Below are positions 25,048-34,524 of a stretch of DNA of 64,000 bases, in pieces. The DNA comes from Patescibacteria group bacterium. GTDB taxonomy: Bacteria; Patescibacteriota; JACPGU01. The notes under the pieces were generated by a model. That model did no database searches. It was not told where the DNA came from and was given only the letters and a program-made list of their open reading frames with translations. The position numbers and the translations under genes were made by a program. Location of the stretch: assembly GCA_022703645.1 (NCBI GenBank), contig JAKLDG010000001.1, positions 338,814 through 402,813 on the forward strand, in the 5' to 3' direction. Positions within the stretch are counted from its first letter, which is position 1; each line of letters begins with the position of its first letter.

Positions 25048-26397
25048 ATGATTAAAGTATATAATACACTTTCAAGGTCTAAAGAAGAATTCAAACCTAT
25101 CGAAGAAGGTGAAGTTGGCATCTATTCTTGTGGACCTACGGTTTACAACTTTGTTCACATTGGGAACTTAAGAGCATATATTTTTGCTGATATATTGCAC
25201 AGAACTTTCCTTTACAACGGATATAAGGTGAAACACATAATGAATATTACTGATGTTGATGATAAAACGATTCGTGATTCTCGATCCAATGGGTTGACAC
25301 TAAAAGATTTTACAGACAGATATACTACGAGTTTCTTTGAAGATTTAGAAAAATTAAATATTAATAAAGAAGAATATATCTTTCCACGCGCAACTGAAAA
25401 TATTGATGGTATGGTGAAACTAATCAAGAAGCTTTTGGATAAAGGGTTTGCTTATAAAGCAGAAGATGGATCAATATATTTTGCTATTTCGAAATTCAAA
25501 GACTATGGTAAACTGTCCGGTGTCGATTTTGAACGCGACACTAAATCGAGAATATCAAATGATGAATATGCAAAAGATGAGGCGCATGATTTTGCTCTTT
25601 GGAAGGCTTGGGACGAGAAAGATGGGGATGTTTTTTGGGAAACAGATATTGGTAAAGGTAGGCCCGGTTGGCACATAGAGTGTTCAGTAATGTCTGAGGA
25701 TAACCTTGGACAGCCCTTTGATATTCATACTGGTGGAATTGATCTTATATTCCCTCATCATGAGAATGAGATTGCGCAATCTGAAGCTGCTAATGAAAAA
25801 ACTTTTGTAAATTATTGGATGCACAATGAAATGTTAATGGTTGATGGACAAAAGATGAGCAAGTCACTAAAAAACGATTACCGACTGAATGATATTATTG
25901 AAAAAGGTTATGAACCCTTAGTTTTTCGCTATTTAATGCTTTTTACGGGATATAATCAGAAACTTAACTTTACCTGGGATGCTCTAGAAGCGGCAAAAAA
26001 TGGTCTGGGCAATCTAAAAAATAAGATTTTATTATTAGGAAATGATATAGGGGAGGTTAGCGCAAGTCTTGTTGATGATTTCAAAAATGAGATTAACGAT
26101 GATCTTAATACTCCGAAGGCTCTCGCAGTCCTACAGGAAGTCTTGAAATCAGATATTACAAATGCGGATAAGCTCGCAACGGTTCTTGATTTTGATAAAG
26201 TTTTAGGATTACGGCTCGATGAAGTAAAATCAGAAACCATCGATATTCCGGAGGATGTGATTAAATTTGCAGAAGATAGAAAAAATGCTAAACAGGAAAA
26301 AAACTTTGAGCTTGCAGATAGTCTTCGCGCAAAGATAAGCGAAGCCGGATATGAGGTAGAAGATACGAAAGATGGTTATAGGGTTGTGAGAAGATAG
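25048..26397 (+). CDS. cysS: cysteinyl-tRNA synthetase
   Basis: CGPTVYNFVHIGN (HIGH), KMSKS, Zn-binding Cys/His pattern; 449 aa. Confidence 0.9.
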   Translation: MIKVYNTLSRSKEEFKPIEEGEVGIYSCGPTVYNFVHIGNLRAYIFADILHRTFLYNGYKVKHIMNITDVDDKTIRDSRSNGLTLKDFTDRYTTSFFEDLEKLNINKEEYIFPRATENIDGMVKLIKKLLDKGFAYKAEDGSIYFAISKFKDYGKLSGVDFERDTKSRISNDEYAKDEAHDFALWKAWDEKDGDVFWETDIGKGRPGWHIECSVMSEDNLGQPFDIHTGGIDLIFPHHENEIAQSEAANEKTFVNYWMHNEMLMVDGQKMSKSLKNDYRLNDIIEKGYEPLVFRYLMLFTGYNQKLNFTWDALEAAKNGLGNLKNKILLLGNDIGEVSASLVDDFKNEINDDLNTPKALAVLQEVLKSDITNADKLATVLDFDKVLGLRLDEVKSETIDIPEDVIKFAEDRKNAKQEKNFELADSLRAKISEAGYEVEDTKDGYRVVRR

Positions 26398-26464
26398 ATA
26401 CATTTGTAATTTGTCATTCAAATCCATTATGCTATAATCAAGCTATTAGAAATAAACAAAAACT

Positions 26465-26857
26465 ATGCCAACAAAAACCATAAAGAAAAAAAAGAAAGTC
26501 GCCATACTTGAAGATGATAAAATGCTGAATAAATATCTTGCGGCGAGTTTTGCGAAAGAGGGGACTTATGATGTTTGCGCGGCGCTAAATGGGGAAGAGG
26601 GGATAGCGATGATAAAAAAAGAAATGCCTGATCTAGTGCTTTGTGATATCATAATGCCAAAGAAAAACGGTTTTGAGGTTCTTGAAGCGGCAAAAAAAGA
26701 CGCGAAAACGAAAAAAATAATTTTTATAATGTTATCAAATCTTTCCCAAGAATCTGACGTGAAACAAGCAAAAAAAATGGGGGCAAAAGATTTTTGGCTG
26801 AAAGTAGATTTCGATACGGAGGCGATAGTAAAAAAAGTTAAAGATATTTTAAAATAA
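26465..26857 (+). CDS. single-domain response regulator (CheY-like receiver)
   Basis: ILEDD..., phospho-acceptor D in DLVLCDIIMP, conserved Lys region; 130 aa. Confidence 0.8.
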   Translation: MPTKTIKKKKKVAILEDDKMLNKYLAASFAKEGTYDVCAALNGEEGIAMIKKEMPDLVLCDIIMPKKNGFEVLEAAKKDAKTKKIIFIMLSNLSQESDVKQAKKMGAKDFWLKVDFDTEAIVKKVKDILK

Positions 26858-26880
26858 CTTTTTTAACTTAAATAAAAAAT

Positions 26881-26985
26881 TAAAAATCAAAGTGCAAAAA
26901 ATTGGGGTTCCTGCGGAATGATATCTAATTTTTAATTTTACATCTGTCATTTTACATTTTGATATTTACATTTTACATTGCATGG
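26881..26985. repeat. IVS-like AT-rich inverted-repeat pair (R...F, ~35-bp spacer, 'empty' copy)
   Basis: AAAAATCAAAGTGCAAAAAATT ... CATCTGTCATTTTACATTTTGATATTTACATTTTACATT. Confidence 0.55.
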
Positions 26986-27020
26986 GATAATTATTAAAAT
27001 AAAAACAAAACTTTTTAATC

Positions 27021-28724
27021 ATGTTAATTGACGAGAAAAAACTAAAATCTATTCTAATAGACGCTGGAATAGTTGACGAGGCTGCTTGGGAAGATGTGAT
27101 AAAAAACGCTCACAGATTGGAGGTCTCTCCTGAAGATATACTCCGTCAGAAAGACATTATTTCCGGTCATCTTTATTATGAAATATTGGCGAAAGGCTTG
27201 GGAGTAAAATACGTAAACTTGAAGCGCCTCGAGGTTGATGAAGGAGTTCTCGATATTTTCAATGGCGACACTGTTAATAAGTACGGCGCTATTCCATTCG
27301 AGATTTCAAAAGAAAAAGGCTTGGGCAGAGCAAAACTGAAGGTTGCTTTTACCAAACAATGGGACAAGCAGATCTTAAGAACTTTGCAAATTAAAGCAAA
27401 AAGAAAAATCGAGCCTTATTTGACAGACGATATCAGTTTCCGCTCAATATTTGTTTATTACAAAAAAGAAGTCGCCGAAAAACTGAAAGTTCTTATTGAT
27501 AAAAAATCTCACGATCATACACAGTGCGAGGACTGTTTTGATCTTCTTATGGAATACTGCTACTACACCAGACCTTCCGACATTCATGTCGAAGAATTTG
27601 CAAATAGCGGTGTGGTAAAATTCCGTATCGACGGTTTTCTCCATGATGAATTTGAAATGGCGCCGCAATTGATTCAAAAGCTGGTTGAGATAATCAAAAA
27701 ATCTTCTGAAACCACTACCGACGAAGACAATCAAACTGACGACGGAAGATTTAGCGTAGAGGTATTCGATGAAGAATTAGCTTTCCGTGTTTCAATAATA
27801 CCGACTTATTTTGGTGAAAAAGTTTGTCTCAGAGTTCTTGATGATTCCAAACAAAAATTATCTTTGCACGATCTGGGTTTCAACGACTCGGATATTGTGA
27901 TGCTGAAAAAAGAATTCGAAAAACCTTATGGACTAATATTAATCAATGGTCCAACCGGCAGCGGCAAATCTACGACACTTTATTCTGTTTTGAAATTTTT
28001 GAATATTGAAGGCACCAGTATTGCGACAATCGAGGATCCGGTGGAATATCCGATCAAGCATATTAATCAAAGCCAAGTGGATGAGGAAAATGGGTTTACC
28101 TTTTCGCGAGGGTTGAAAGAGCTTCTACGCCAAGATCCTGATATTGTGGTGATTGGCGAAATACGCGACAATGAGACTGCTAGCATCGCCGTAAACGCCG
28201 CTCTGACGGGTCATATAGTGCTATCAACTATTCATTCGAATACTGCCGTAGGGACGATTTCAAGACTGGAGAATATGGGAATTCCAAACTATCTTCTATC
28301 CCCAACGCTCGACTTGGCGATTTCGCAAAGATTGATAAAGAAAATGTGTATTTATTGCCGGGAAAGTTTCACACCGGAGAAAAAATACCTTGATAAATTG
28401 GATCGCGATGTTGGGGTTTACGCATCTCTCGCAAAACTGAAAAAAATGGGGCTGATTAGTTATAAAACCTACAAAGACATTATTTTATTCAAAAACCATG
28501 GCTGTCCAAGATGCGGGGGCAAAGGTTTTACCGGTAGAATCGGTGTATTTGAAATTTTGAATAGCAACAAAGACATTCAAGAAATGATTTTGACCGGTAA
28601 AAGTGAATCACAGATCGCAAAACATGCCGAAAGCCAAGGAATGCTGACGATGTTTGAAGATGGACTTTTGAAGGCTCTAAACGGCATGACAACGATTGAA
28701 GCAGTAATAGATGTGGTCAGGTAA
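27021..28724 (+). CDS. GspE/PilB-family secretion/pilus assembly ATPase
   Basis: N-terminal T2SSE_N-like region, Walker A GPTGSGKST, Walker B/Asp box DPDIVVIGEIRD, His box, C-terminal tetracysteine zinc motif. Confidence 0.85.
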   Translation: MLIDEKKLKSILIDAGIVDEAAWEDVIKNAHRLEVSPEDILRQKDIISGHLYYEILAKGLGVKYVNLKRLEVDEGVLDIFNGDTVNKYGAIPFEISKEKGLGRAKLKVAFTKQWDKQILRTLQIKAKRKIEPYLTDDISFRSIFVYYKKEVAEKLKVLIDKKSHDHTQCEDCFDLLMEYCYYTRPSDIHVEEFANSGVVKFRIDGFLHDEFEMAPQLIQKLVEIIKKSSETTTDEDNQTDDGRFSVEVFDEELAFRVSIIPTYFGEKVCLRVLDDSKQKLSLHDLGFNDSDIVMLKKEFEKPYGLILINGPTGSGKSTTLYSVLKFLNIEGTSIATIEDPVEYPIKHINQSQVDEENGFTFSRGLKELLRQDPDIVVIGEIRDNETASIAVNAALTGHIVLSTIHSNTAVGTISRLENMGIPNYLLSPTLDLAISQRLIKKMCIYCRESFTPEKKYLDKLDRDVGVYASLAKLKKMGLISYKTYKDIILFKNHGCPRCGGKGFTGRIGVFEILNSNKDIQEMILTGKSESQIAKHAESQGMLTMFEDGLLKALNGMTTIEAVIDVVR

Positions 28725-28897
28725 GGGTCCAATTTTTAATTTTATAATTTTTAATTTTTAAAATTGTCTAAAAAAACACGTACCAAAACCAAAACTTCAA
28801 CCATAACTGGTGTTCAAATGGGGCTTCTCATTTCGACTATTTTTATTATAGTTGGACTTTTTTATGCTGTTTTTAGCTTTTTTCAATAAAATAACAG

Positions 28898-29383
28898 CTA
28901 ATTTAGAAATATTAGAGCTATATTAATCATGATCTCGTAAATAATAACTATCAGATAGGGGACTAAAAGCAGTTCTGCTATTTCTGATATTTTTGAAAAT
29001 TTATATATAGTTAACGCGATAAAAACCAATAAAAGAATTAGGATAATTAAGCTCGCTCCCAAGGATCCTGCGACAAATAGTGATAGCGCAACCATCATAT
29101 TCAGAACGAACTGAGCTATGAAATATGGCATTGCATGAGAAATCTCTTTTGATTTATGATTTTGAACTAAAACAAAAAACAGAGACAGTCCCATCATTAT
29201 GTATATCACAACCCAGATGGAACTCAACGCCCAAGCAGGAGGCATAAAAAATGGCGTATTAGTCTCAGCATACCAGGCGGCTCTATGCGGAATAGCAAAG
29301 ACCGCGCCAAAAAAGGCTGGTATTTGGCATATCAGCATGCTCGAGAGTAATTTTGTACCAATCATTAGCCGGCTATTTTCCAT
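28898..29383 (-). CDS. TspO/MBR-family-like polytopic membrane protein
   Basis: AWYAE...TPFFMPPAWALSSIWVVIYIMMG matches the W-Y..L.kP...PP...F..VW..LY..MG TspO signature. Confidence 0.5.
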   Translation of the reverse strand: MENSRLMIGTKLLSSMLICQIPAFFGAVFAIPHRAAWYAETNTPFFMPPAWALSSIWVVIYIMMGLSLFFVLVQNHKSKEISHAMPYFIAQFVLNMMVALSLFVAGSLGASLIILILLLVFIALTIYKFSKISEIAELLLVPYLIVIIYEIMINIALIFLN

Positions 29384-29422
29384 GTTCTGAAATATTACTG
29401 CTAATTAAACGAAAAGAAGACC

Positions 29423-29647
29423 TCATAAATCGAGGTCTTCTTCGTTGAATTTTAGTTGGAATGAACCTTCTTTTATAATTCTGCCACCGCCGTTTATGCC
29501 ACGAACTAATGTCGCATCATTTAGTTCGATATCGAATTGTTTGGGAGTCCAAGGATGATCTTCCCCAGTTAATTCAAGCGCAGCCTTCTTAATTGCTTCC
29601 CACCCAGGTTGAAATTCATCTTCTTTTTGGGTGTTAGTGTTTTTCAT
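29423..29647 (-). CDS. small hypothetical protein
   Basis: ORF track only. Confidence 0.35.
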   Translation of the reverse strand: MKNTNTQKEDEFQPGWEAIKKAALELTGEDHPWTPKQFDIELNDATLVRGINGGGRIIKEGSFQLKFNEEDLDL

Positions 29648-29668
29648 AGGCGTTCCTCCTAATTTTTT

Positions 29669-30085
29669 TTAACTCTTTGTTACCGGTCCATTTTGCAACT
29701 CAAATGGTAAAAATTCCTGTCCAAAAGGATCATTGTTACCAACTGATCCATTCAACCTCATATCTTGATTAATAGGCTTTTGCTCTCCAATAGTTACAGC
29801 GCCGCTTTTGATAACCATAAAGGCTATTGCGGCAATAACCATCAGAAGCACTACAAAACTTGCGATATTCGCCAAGATATTTTTGAATTTCAGCATTGAT
29901 AATCCCAAAAAAACGATCAGAATTGGCCAGAGCTTCCACCATTGGATATCGATATTGAGACTTAGCAAACCGGTGTTTTGTCCTAAAAGTATTAAACCGA
30001 TACCAATAATTAGGATACCGATCAACCATCTATTTGGTGAAAACCCACGATCATGATTACAATTTTCGTTGCATTGATGAGTCAT
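29669..30085 (-). CDS. LiaF/LiaI-like transmembrane protein (DUF5668-like)
   Basis: RWLIGILIIGIGLILLGQNTGLL...WWKLWPILIVFLGL pattern; directly downstream of PspC-domain gene. Confidence 0.45.
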   Translation of the reverse strand: MTHQCNENCNHDRGFSPNRWLIGILIIGIGLILLGQNTGLLSLNIDIQWWKLWPILIVFLGLSMLKFKNILANIASFVVLLMVIAAIAFMVIKSGAVTIGEQKPINQDMRLNGSVGNNDPFGQEFLPFELQNGPVTKS

Positions 30086-30089
30086 TTTT

Positions 30090-30548
30090 TTATTTTTTAA
30101 AAATAATTGCTACGCCTAATAAAATAATAATCAATGGAAGGAAGATATCCCAAATATTCCAATTAAGAAATTGCTGAAGGAGCAATCCCACACCAATAAA
30201 AATCAGTATAACTGCCACAATATTGCGAGTCTTGGAATAATCTATCTCGCGGTTTTGGGTTTTGATTTCTTTTGCTATATCATTCACTTTGTCTTTTACA
30301 TCCTGCCCAAAATCCTTCAGCTTTTCTTTGATTTCCGGTTCTTTCGCATCAACAGCATCTTCTTCCGGTACAAAAATCGCTAAAAGAATATAAATAATAA
30401 TTCCAACGCCACTAAATAATATTAATAAAACAAAAATGACACGAACCAAAGTTGAGTCCATGTCAAAAAATTCGGCTAATCCTCCGCAAACGCCTAAAAA
30501 AATTCGGTCTTTTTTACTGCGAAATAAAGTTTTCGATTCTTTTTTCAT
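30090..30548 (-). CDS. PspC-domain membrane protein
   Basis: LFRSKKDRIFLGVCGGLAEFFDMDSTLVRVIFVLL matches the PspC N-terminal domain. Confidence 0.7.
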   Translation of the reverse strand: MKKESKTLFRSKKDRIFLGVCGGLAEFFDMDSTLVRVIFVLLILFSGVGIIIYILLAIFVPEEDAVDAKEPEIKEKLKDFGQDVKDKVNDIAKEIKTQNREIDYSKTRNIVAVILIFIGVGLLLQQFLNWNIWDIFLPLIIILLGVAIIFKK

Positions 30549-30574
30549 AGTTTTATTATTATATCATAAAAACA

Positions 30575-30676
30575 TATCAAAATGCAAATATCAAAGTGTA
30601 AAATGACAAATTAAAATTAAAAATGTATAATATGCCAAAGGCATACCAAAATTTTACATTTTGATTTTTAAATTTT
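30575..30676. repeat. IVS-like AT-rich inverted-repeat pair (R...F, 'empty' copy) in divergent promoter region
   Basis: ATATCAAAGTGTAAAATGACAAATT ... AAATTTTACATTTTGATTTTT; central TATGCCaaaGGCATA palindrome. Confidence 0.55.
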
Positions 30677-30685
30677 AAATTTATC

Positions 30686-31450
30686 ATGAAGATTATTTCT
30701 TTCAATATTAACGGCATCAACTCGGCCATCAAATATGGTTTGCGGGATTTTATATCTCTAGAAAATGCCGATATCTACTTGTTCCAAGAAGTAAAAAATT
30801 CCTGGGATACTATTGATGACTCTTTGCGGAAAATTCCGGGTTACGAAACATATTTTTACCAAGCAGCAAAAAAAGGATATTCCGGACTTCTTGCATACGT
30901 GAAAACGAAGAACAAACCAATCGGATACAAGGAGGGTATAGGGTTTAGGGTTATAGACGAACAAGCGAGAGTGCAGACATTAGAATTCCAGGATTATTAT
31001 TTAGTTAATACCTATCTACCACATTCAGGAAGGGAACTTGAGAAACTTCCATTCAAACGTGAAGTAAACGAAAAATTCCTCGAATACTGTGAGTCTTTGA
31101 AAAAGAAAAAGCCACTTATAATTGCAGGGGATCTGAATGTTGCGCACAAAGATATTGATCTCGCCAATCCTCGCGCCAATATGGGAAACGCCGGATTTAC
31201 GACGGATGAGAGAGATTTTTTCGATAAATTCTTATCCCACGGATATATCGATACATTCCGCGAATTTGTAAAAGAAAATGGCCACTATACCTGGTGGAGC
31301 TGGCGGACAGGGGTACGCGAAAGAAATATCGGTTGGCGCATTGATTATTTTCTCGTCTCTGAAAATATTTCAAAACGAGTGAAAAAGAGTTGGATTCTGA
31401 AAGACATTCTCGGATCCGATCATTGCCCGATAGGATTAGAAATCCTGTAG
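30686..31450 (+). CDS. xthA: exodeoxyribonuclease III (AP endonuclease)
   Basis: MKIISFNINGI..., catalytic DLNVAHKDIDL, C-terminal SDHCPI; 254 aa. Confidence 0.85.
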   Translation: MKIISFNINGINSAIKYGLRDFISLENADIYLFQEVKNSWDTIDDSLRKIPGYETYFYQAAKKGYSGLLAYVKTKNKPIGYKEGIGFRVIDEQARVQTLEFQDYYLVNTYLPHSGRELEKLPFKREVNEKFLEYCESLKKKKPLIIAGDLNVAHKDIDLANPRANMGNAGFTTDERDFFDKFLSHGYIDTFREFVKENGHYTWWSWRTGVRERNIGWRIDYFLVSENISKRVKKSWILKDILGSDHCPIGLEIL

Positions 31451-31626
31451 GGGCGCAAAATTTTAAGCCCTTTTTTTGGGGCGTTATGTGTAGCATTCCT
31501 ACAAAACCGTTCTTTCTTTGGCTTTTATAACGTAAAATTAACCATGCGCTTTATATTGGACTTTTTTTAAATTTAGCATAGAATAGGAGATAAGAAAACA
31601 AAAAAGCAATAAATCAATAAATCAAA

Positions 31627-33006
31627 ATGTCTATGCCTAAAACGAATTTGAAATTTGTTTGTAATAATTGCGGGGCGGAGTTCCTTCGCTGGCAGGGGAA
31701 ATGCTCAGCATGTAATGAATGGGAAACCCTCGAAGAAATTAAAATTTCTTCTCGAGTTCAAAGTTCAAAGTTAAAAGTTCAAAGTGGCGGTGTTGCTGCG
31801 CAACTTATTTCTTTAGATAAAGTTGATAGTAAAAATTTTGAAAGAATCAAAACTAATATAAGTGAATTTGACCGCGTGCTTGGCGGGGGGATCGTACTCG
31901 GTTCGCTGGTTCTCTTAGGTGGAGATCCGGGGATAGGAAAGAGTACTTTGCTTCTCCAATCTCTCGTTGGAATTTCACAAAATAAAAGTCTGACGAAAAT
32001 TCTTTACGTCAGCGGCGAAGAATCAGCGCAACAAATAAAGCTTCGCGCGGAAAGACTGAAAATTAAAAATGAAAAGATATTTCTGCTTGCTGAAAGCGAT
32101 CTGGAATCAATCCTTGCAACTATTGAAATGGAAAAACCAAACCTGGTTATTATTGATTCTATTCAAACCGTATATTCCGATCAAATTGCTTCCGCGTCAG
32201 GCAGTATAGTACAGGTGAAAAACGCTACCGAGTCCCTGATGCGCGTTGCAAAAGCCACGAATGTGCCGATTTTTATTATCGGACATGTGACAAAAGATGG
32301 GGGGATAGCGGGTCCAAAAACGCTTGAGCATCTTGTTGATGTTGTTCTTTACCTCGAAGGAGACCGCTATCAATCTTTCCGAATCCTGCGCGGGATAAAA
32401 AATAGATTTGGCAAAACTTCCGAGGTTGGAATATTTGAAATGGAAGAAAATGGCATGACTGAAGTTGCAAATCCTTCAAAGGTTTTTCTCGAAGAACGTC
32501 TTGAAGGGGCGAGCGGTGTTGCAGTTAGTTCGATTATCGAGGGTAACCGTCCGTTTCTGGTTGAAATTCAAGCATTGTGTTCCAAGAGTTATTTTGGTTA
32601 TCCAAAAAGAACGTCTTCAGGAATCGATTTAAATAGATTGAATTTGTTAATTGCAATTATTGAAAAACGCGTGGGTGTGGATATGAGTCAATTTGATTGC
32701 TATCTCAATGTTGTTGGAGGCATCAGAATTCGTGAAAATTCAGTTGACTTGGCAGCTGCTTTATCGATAATTTCGGCGGCAAAAAACAAGCCAATAGACG
32801 ACCACACAGCCATTTTCGGAGAACTCGGGCTTTCGGGCGAAATTCGCTCTATTCCAAATCTGGAAAAAAGAATCGAGGAGGCAATCCGCATGGGGTTTGA
32901 CAAAATAGTCATTCCGAAGCAAAATAGTCAAAGCAAATTGAAGCCTGTGGGAAAAGTGAAATTTATTGAAGTAAGAACGCTAAAAGAGTCAATGGGAAGG
33001 GTATAG
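31627..33006 (+). CDS. radA: DNA repair protein RadA/Sms
   Basis: N-terminal C4 zinc finger CNNCGAEF..CSACNEW, Walker A GGDPGIGKST, KNRFG motif, Lon-like C-terminal domain. Confidence 0.9.
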   Translation: MSMPKTNLKFVCNNCGAEFLRWQGKCSACNEWETLEEIKISSRVQSSKLKVQSGGVAAQLISLDKVDSKNFERIKTNISEFDRVLGGGIVLGSLVLLGGDPGIGKSTLLLQSLVGISQNKSLTKILYVSGEESAQQIKLRAERLKIKNEKIFLLAESDLESILATIEMEKPNLVIIDSIQTVYSDQIASASGSIVQVKNATESLMRVAKATNVPIFIIGHVTKDGGIAGPKTLEHLVDVVLYLEGDRYQSFRILRGIKNRFGKTSEVGIFEMEENGMTEVANPSKVFLEERLEGASGVAVSSIIEGNRPFLVEIQALCSKSYFGYPKRTSSGIDLNRLNLLIAIIEKRVGVDMSQFDCYLNVVGGIRIRENSVDLAAALSIISAAKNKPIDDHTAIFGELGLSGEIRSIPNLEKRIEEAIRMGFDKIVIPKQNSQSKLKPVGKVKFIEVRTLKESMGRV

Positions 33007-33025
33007 GGGATAGGGTTTAGAAAAT

Positions 33026-33343
33026 ATGGACAAAATTAGTTTTCCAATAATAATTATTATTACAACGATAGTTTCCTATATATTTATTAGGAAATATTTT
33101 AAGATGAACCCAAAATACCTTACTTACGCTGTAATTGGAATTTTCTTCGGGCTCATCTTTGGCCTGACTGTCGGCTGGCCTGCTCCCGCAATACTTGGCG
33201 CTTATGGAATGGTGATAGCGCCATATATAATGGGGATTGTTTTGATGGGTTTTGTAGAATTTTTTATAATTGATGGTGGTGGAATATTAAAATATCTTAA
33301 AAAGAAAATAGCTTCAAATGATCACAATTCTTTAATAGTTTAA
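33026..33343 (+). CDS. small polytopic membrane protein
   Basis: ORF track; three hydrophobic helices. Confidence 0.4.
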   Translation: MDKISFPIIIIITTIVSYIFIRKYFKMNPKYLTYAVIGIFFGLIFGLTVGWPAPAILGAYGMVIAPYIMGIVLMGFVEFFIIDGGGILKYLKKKIASNDHNSLIV

Positions 33344-33361
33344 TAATAATAAATATAAAAA

Positions 33362-33838
33362 ATGAAAACAAAAACACATTATTGGGCGGTTCCTTTGGCT
33401 GTCATAGCCGTAGCAGTGCTGGGCTCACTGGCAACGAATGTTGGAATGAGCTGGTATTATTCACTAAATACTCCGGACTTAACGCCACCGGGAAGCTTTA
33501 TCGGCACAATGTGGACGATAATTTTTACGCTTTCCACTATCGCGCTGATTCTTTTTTATAACTCCAAAACGCTATCCAAAGACAAAAACAAAGCATTATA
33601 TTCGGATGCCTTTATTACCAATGCCGTTTTGAATGTATTATGGAGTGTGCTTTTCTTTGGTCTTAATTCACCATTCATGGGGCTGGTTTGTATCCTGTTA
33701 TTAGAAGCTTCAAATATTTGGATAGAGGTGATATTATGGAAAAAGAATAAAATTGCTTTCGCGCTTTGGTTGGTTTATACCGCATGGGTGTTAGTAGCGA
33801 CTTATTTCAATTTTATGATATGGATACTAAATAAATAA
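33362..33838 (+). CDS. TspO/MBR family tryptophan-rich sensory protein
   Basis: [37 protein letters not shown] matches TspO signature; 158 aa, 5 TM. Confidence 0.65.
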   Translation: MKTKTHYWAVPLAVIAVAVLGSLATNVGMSWYYSLNTPDLTPPGSFIGTMWTIIFTLSTIALILFYNSKTLSKDKNKALYSDAFITNAVLNVLWSVLFFGLNSPFMGLVCILLLEASNIWIEVILWKKNKIAFALWLVYTAWVLVATYFNFMIWILNK

Positions 33839-33857
33839 TACCATTAAATTTAACTGT

Positions 33858-34400
33858 ATGTCTAAAACTCTCGCAATCATTTTCGTGCTAATAATTGGCG
33901 CCGGAATTATCATCGGCTACTTAGCTCTGAATAGTAAAAAAGTTCCTGAAGTAAAAAAAGAAGCAGTAAACAATACTGTTGCTTTGAACCCTGTTGAAGA
34001 AGAGGAACCAACTGATGATACTACAGTAGAAGAAGAGACTGCAACGACTGATTCTGATACCGCAGCAGAAGCAACGGAATTAAAAATCGAGGTGTTGAAA
34101 CAAGGGACAGGGGATGAAGTTACAAAGGTTGGCGACGGTGTCAGCGTTAATTATACCGGCACACTGGTTGATGGAACAAAATTCGATTCTTCTTATGATC
34201 GTGGAACGCCATTCAAATTCGATCTTGGGGCTGGACAGGTAATAAAAGGCTGGGACCAAGGGTTGATCGGTATGAAAGTAGGGGAGATAAGAAAACTTAC
34301 AATACCGCCTTCACTTGGTTATGGTGCAACTGGAGCAGGAAGCAAAATCCCACCAAACGCCACTTTAATATTCGAAGTTGAATTGATGGAGATAATTTAG
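33858..34400 (+). CDS. FKBP-type peptidyl-prolyl cis-trans isomerase, membrane-anchored with acidic linker
   Basis: FKBP core [54 protein letters not shown]. Confidence 0.8.
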   Translation: MSKTLAIIFVLIIGAGIIIGYLALNSKKVPEVKKEAVNNTVALNPVEEEEPTDDTTVEEETATTDSDTAAEATELKIEVLKQGTGDEVTKVGDGVSVNYTGTLVDGTKFDSSYDRGTPFKFDLGAGQVIKGWDQGLIGMKVGEIRKLTIPPSLGYGATGAGSKIPPNATLIFEVELMEII

Positions 34401-34422
34401 GAAAGAATTATATAAATATACC

Positions 34423-34458
34423 GGAGAAAGTCAATATTTCTATTGACTTTCTTTTTAA
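34423..34458 (+). terminator. rho-independent terminator (AGAAAGTCAATA-tttc-TATTGACTTTCT + T-run)
   Basis: perfect 12-bp stem after FKBP gene. Confidence 0.7.
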
Positions 34459-34524
34459 TTTATGTTAGAATTATTCTATTCGCATATTGTGCGCGAACAT
34501 TAAATTTTATAGAAAAAGGAGAAA

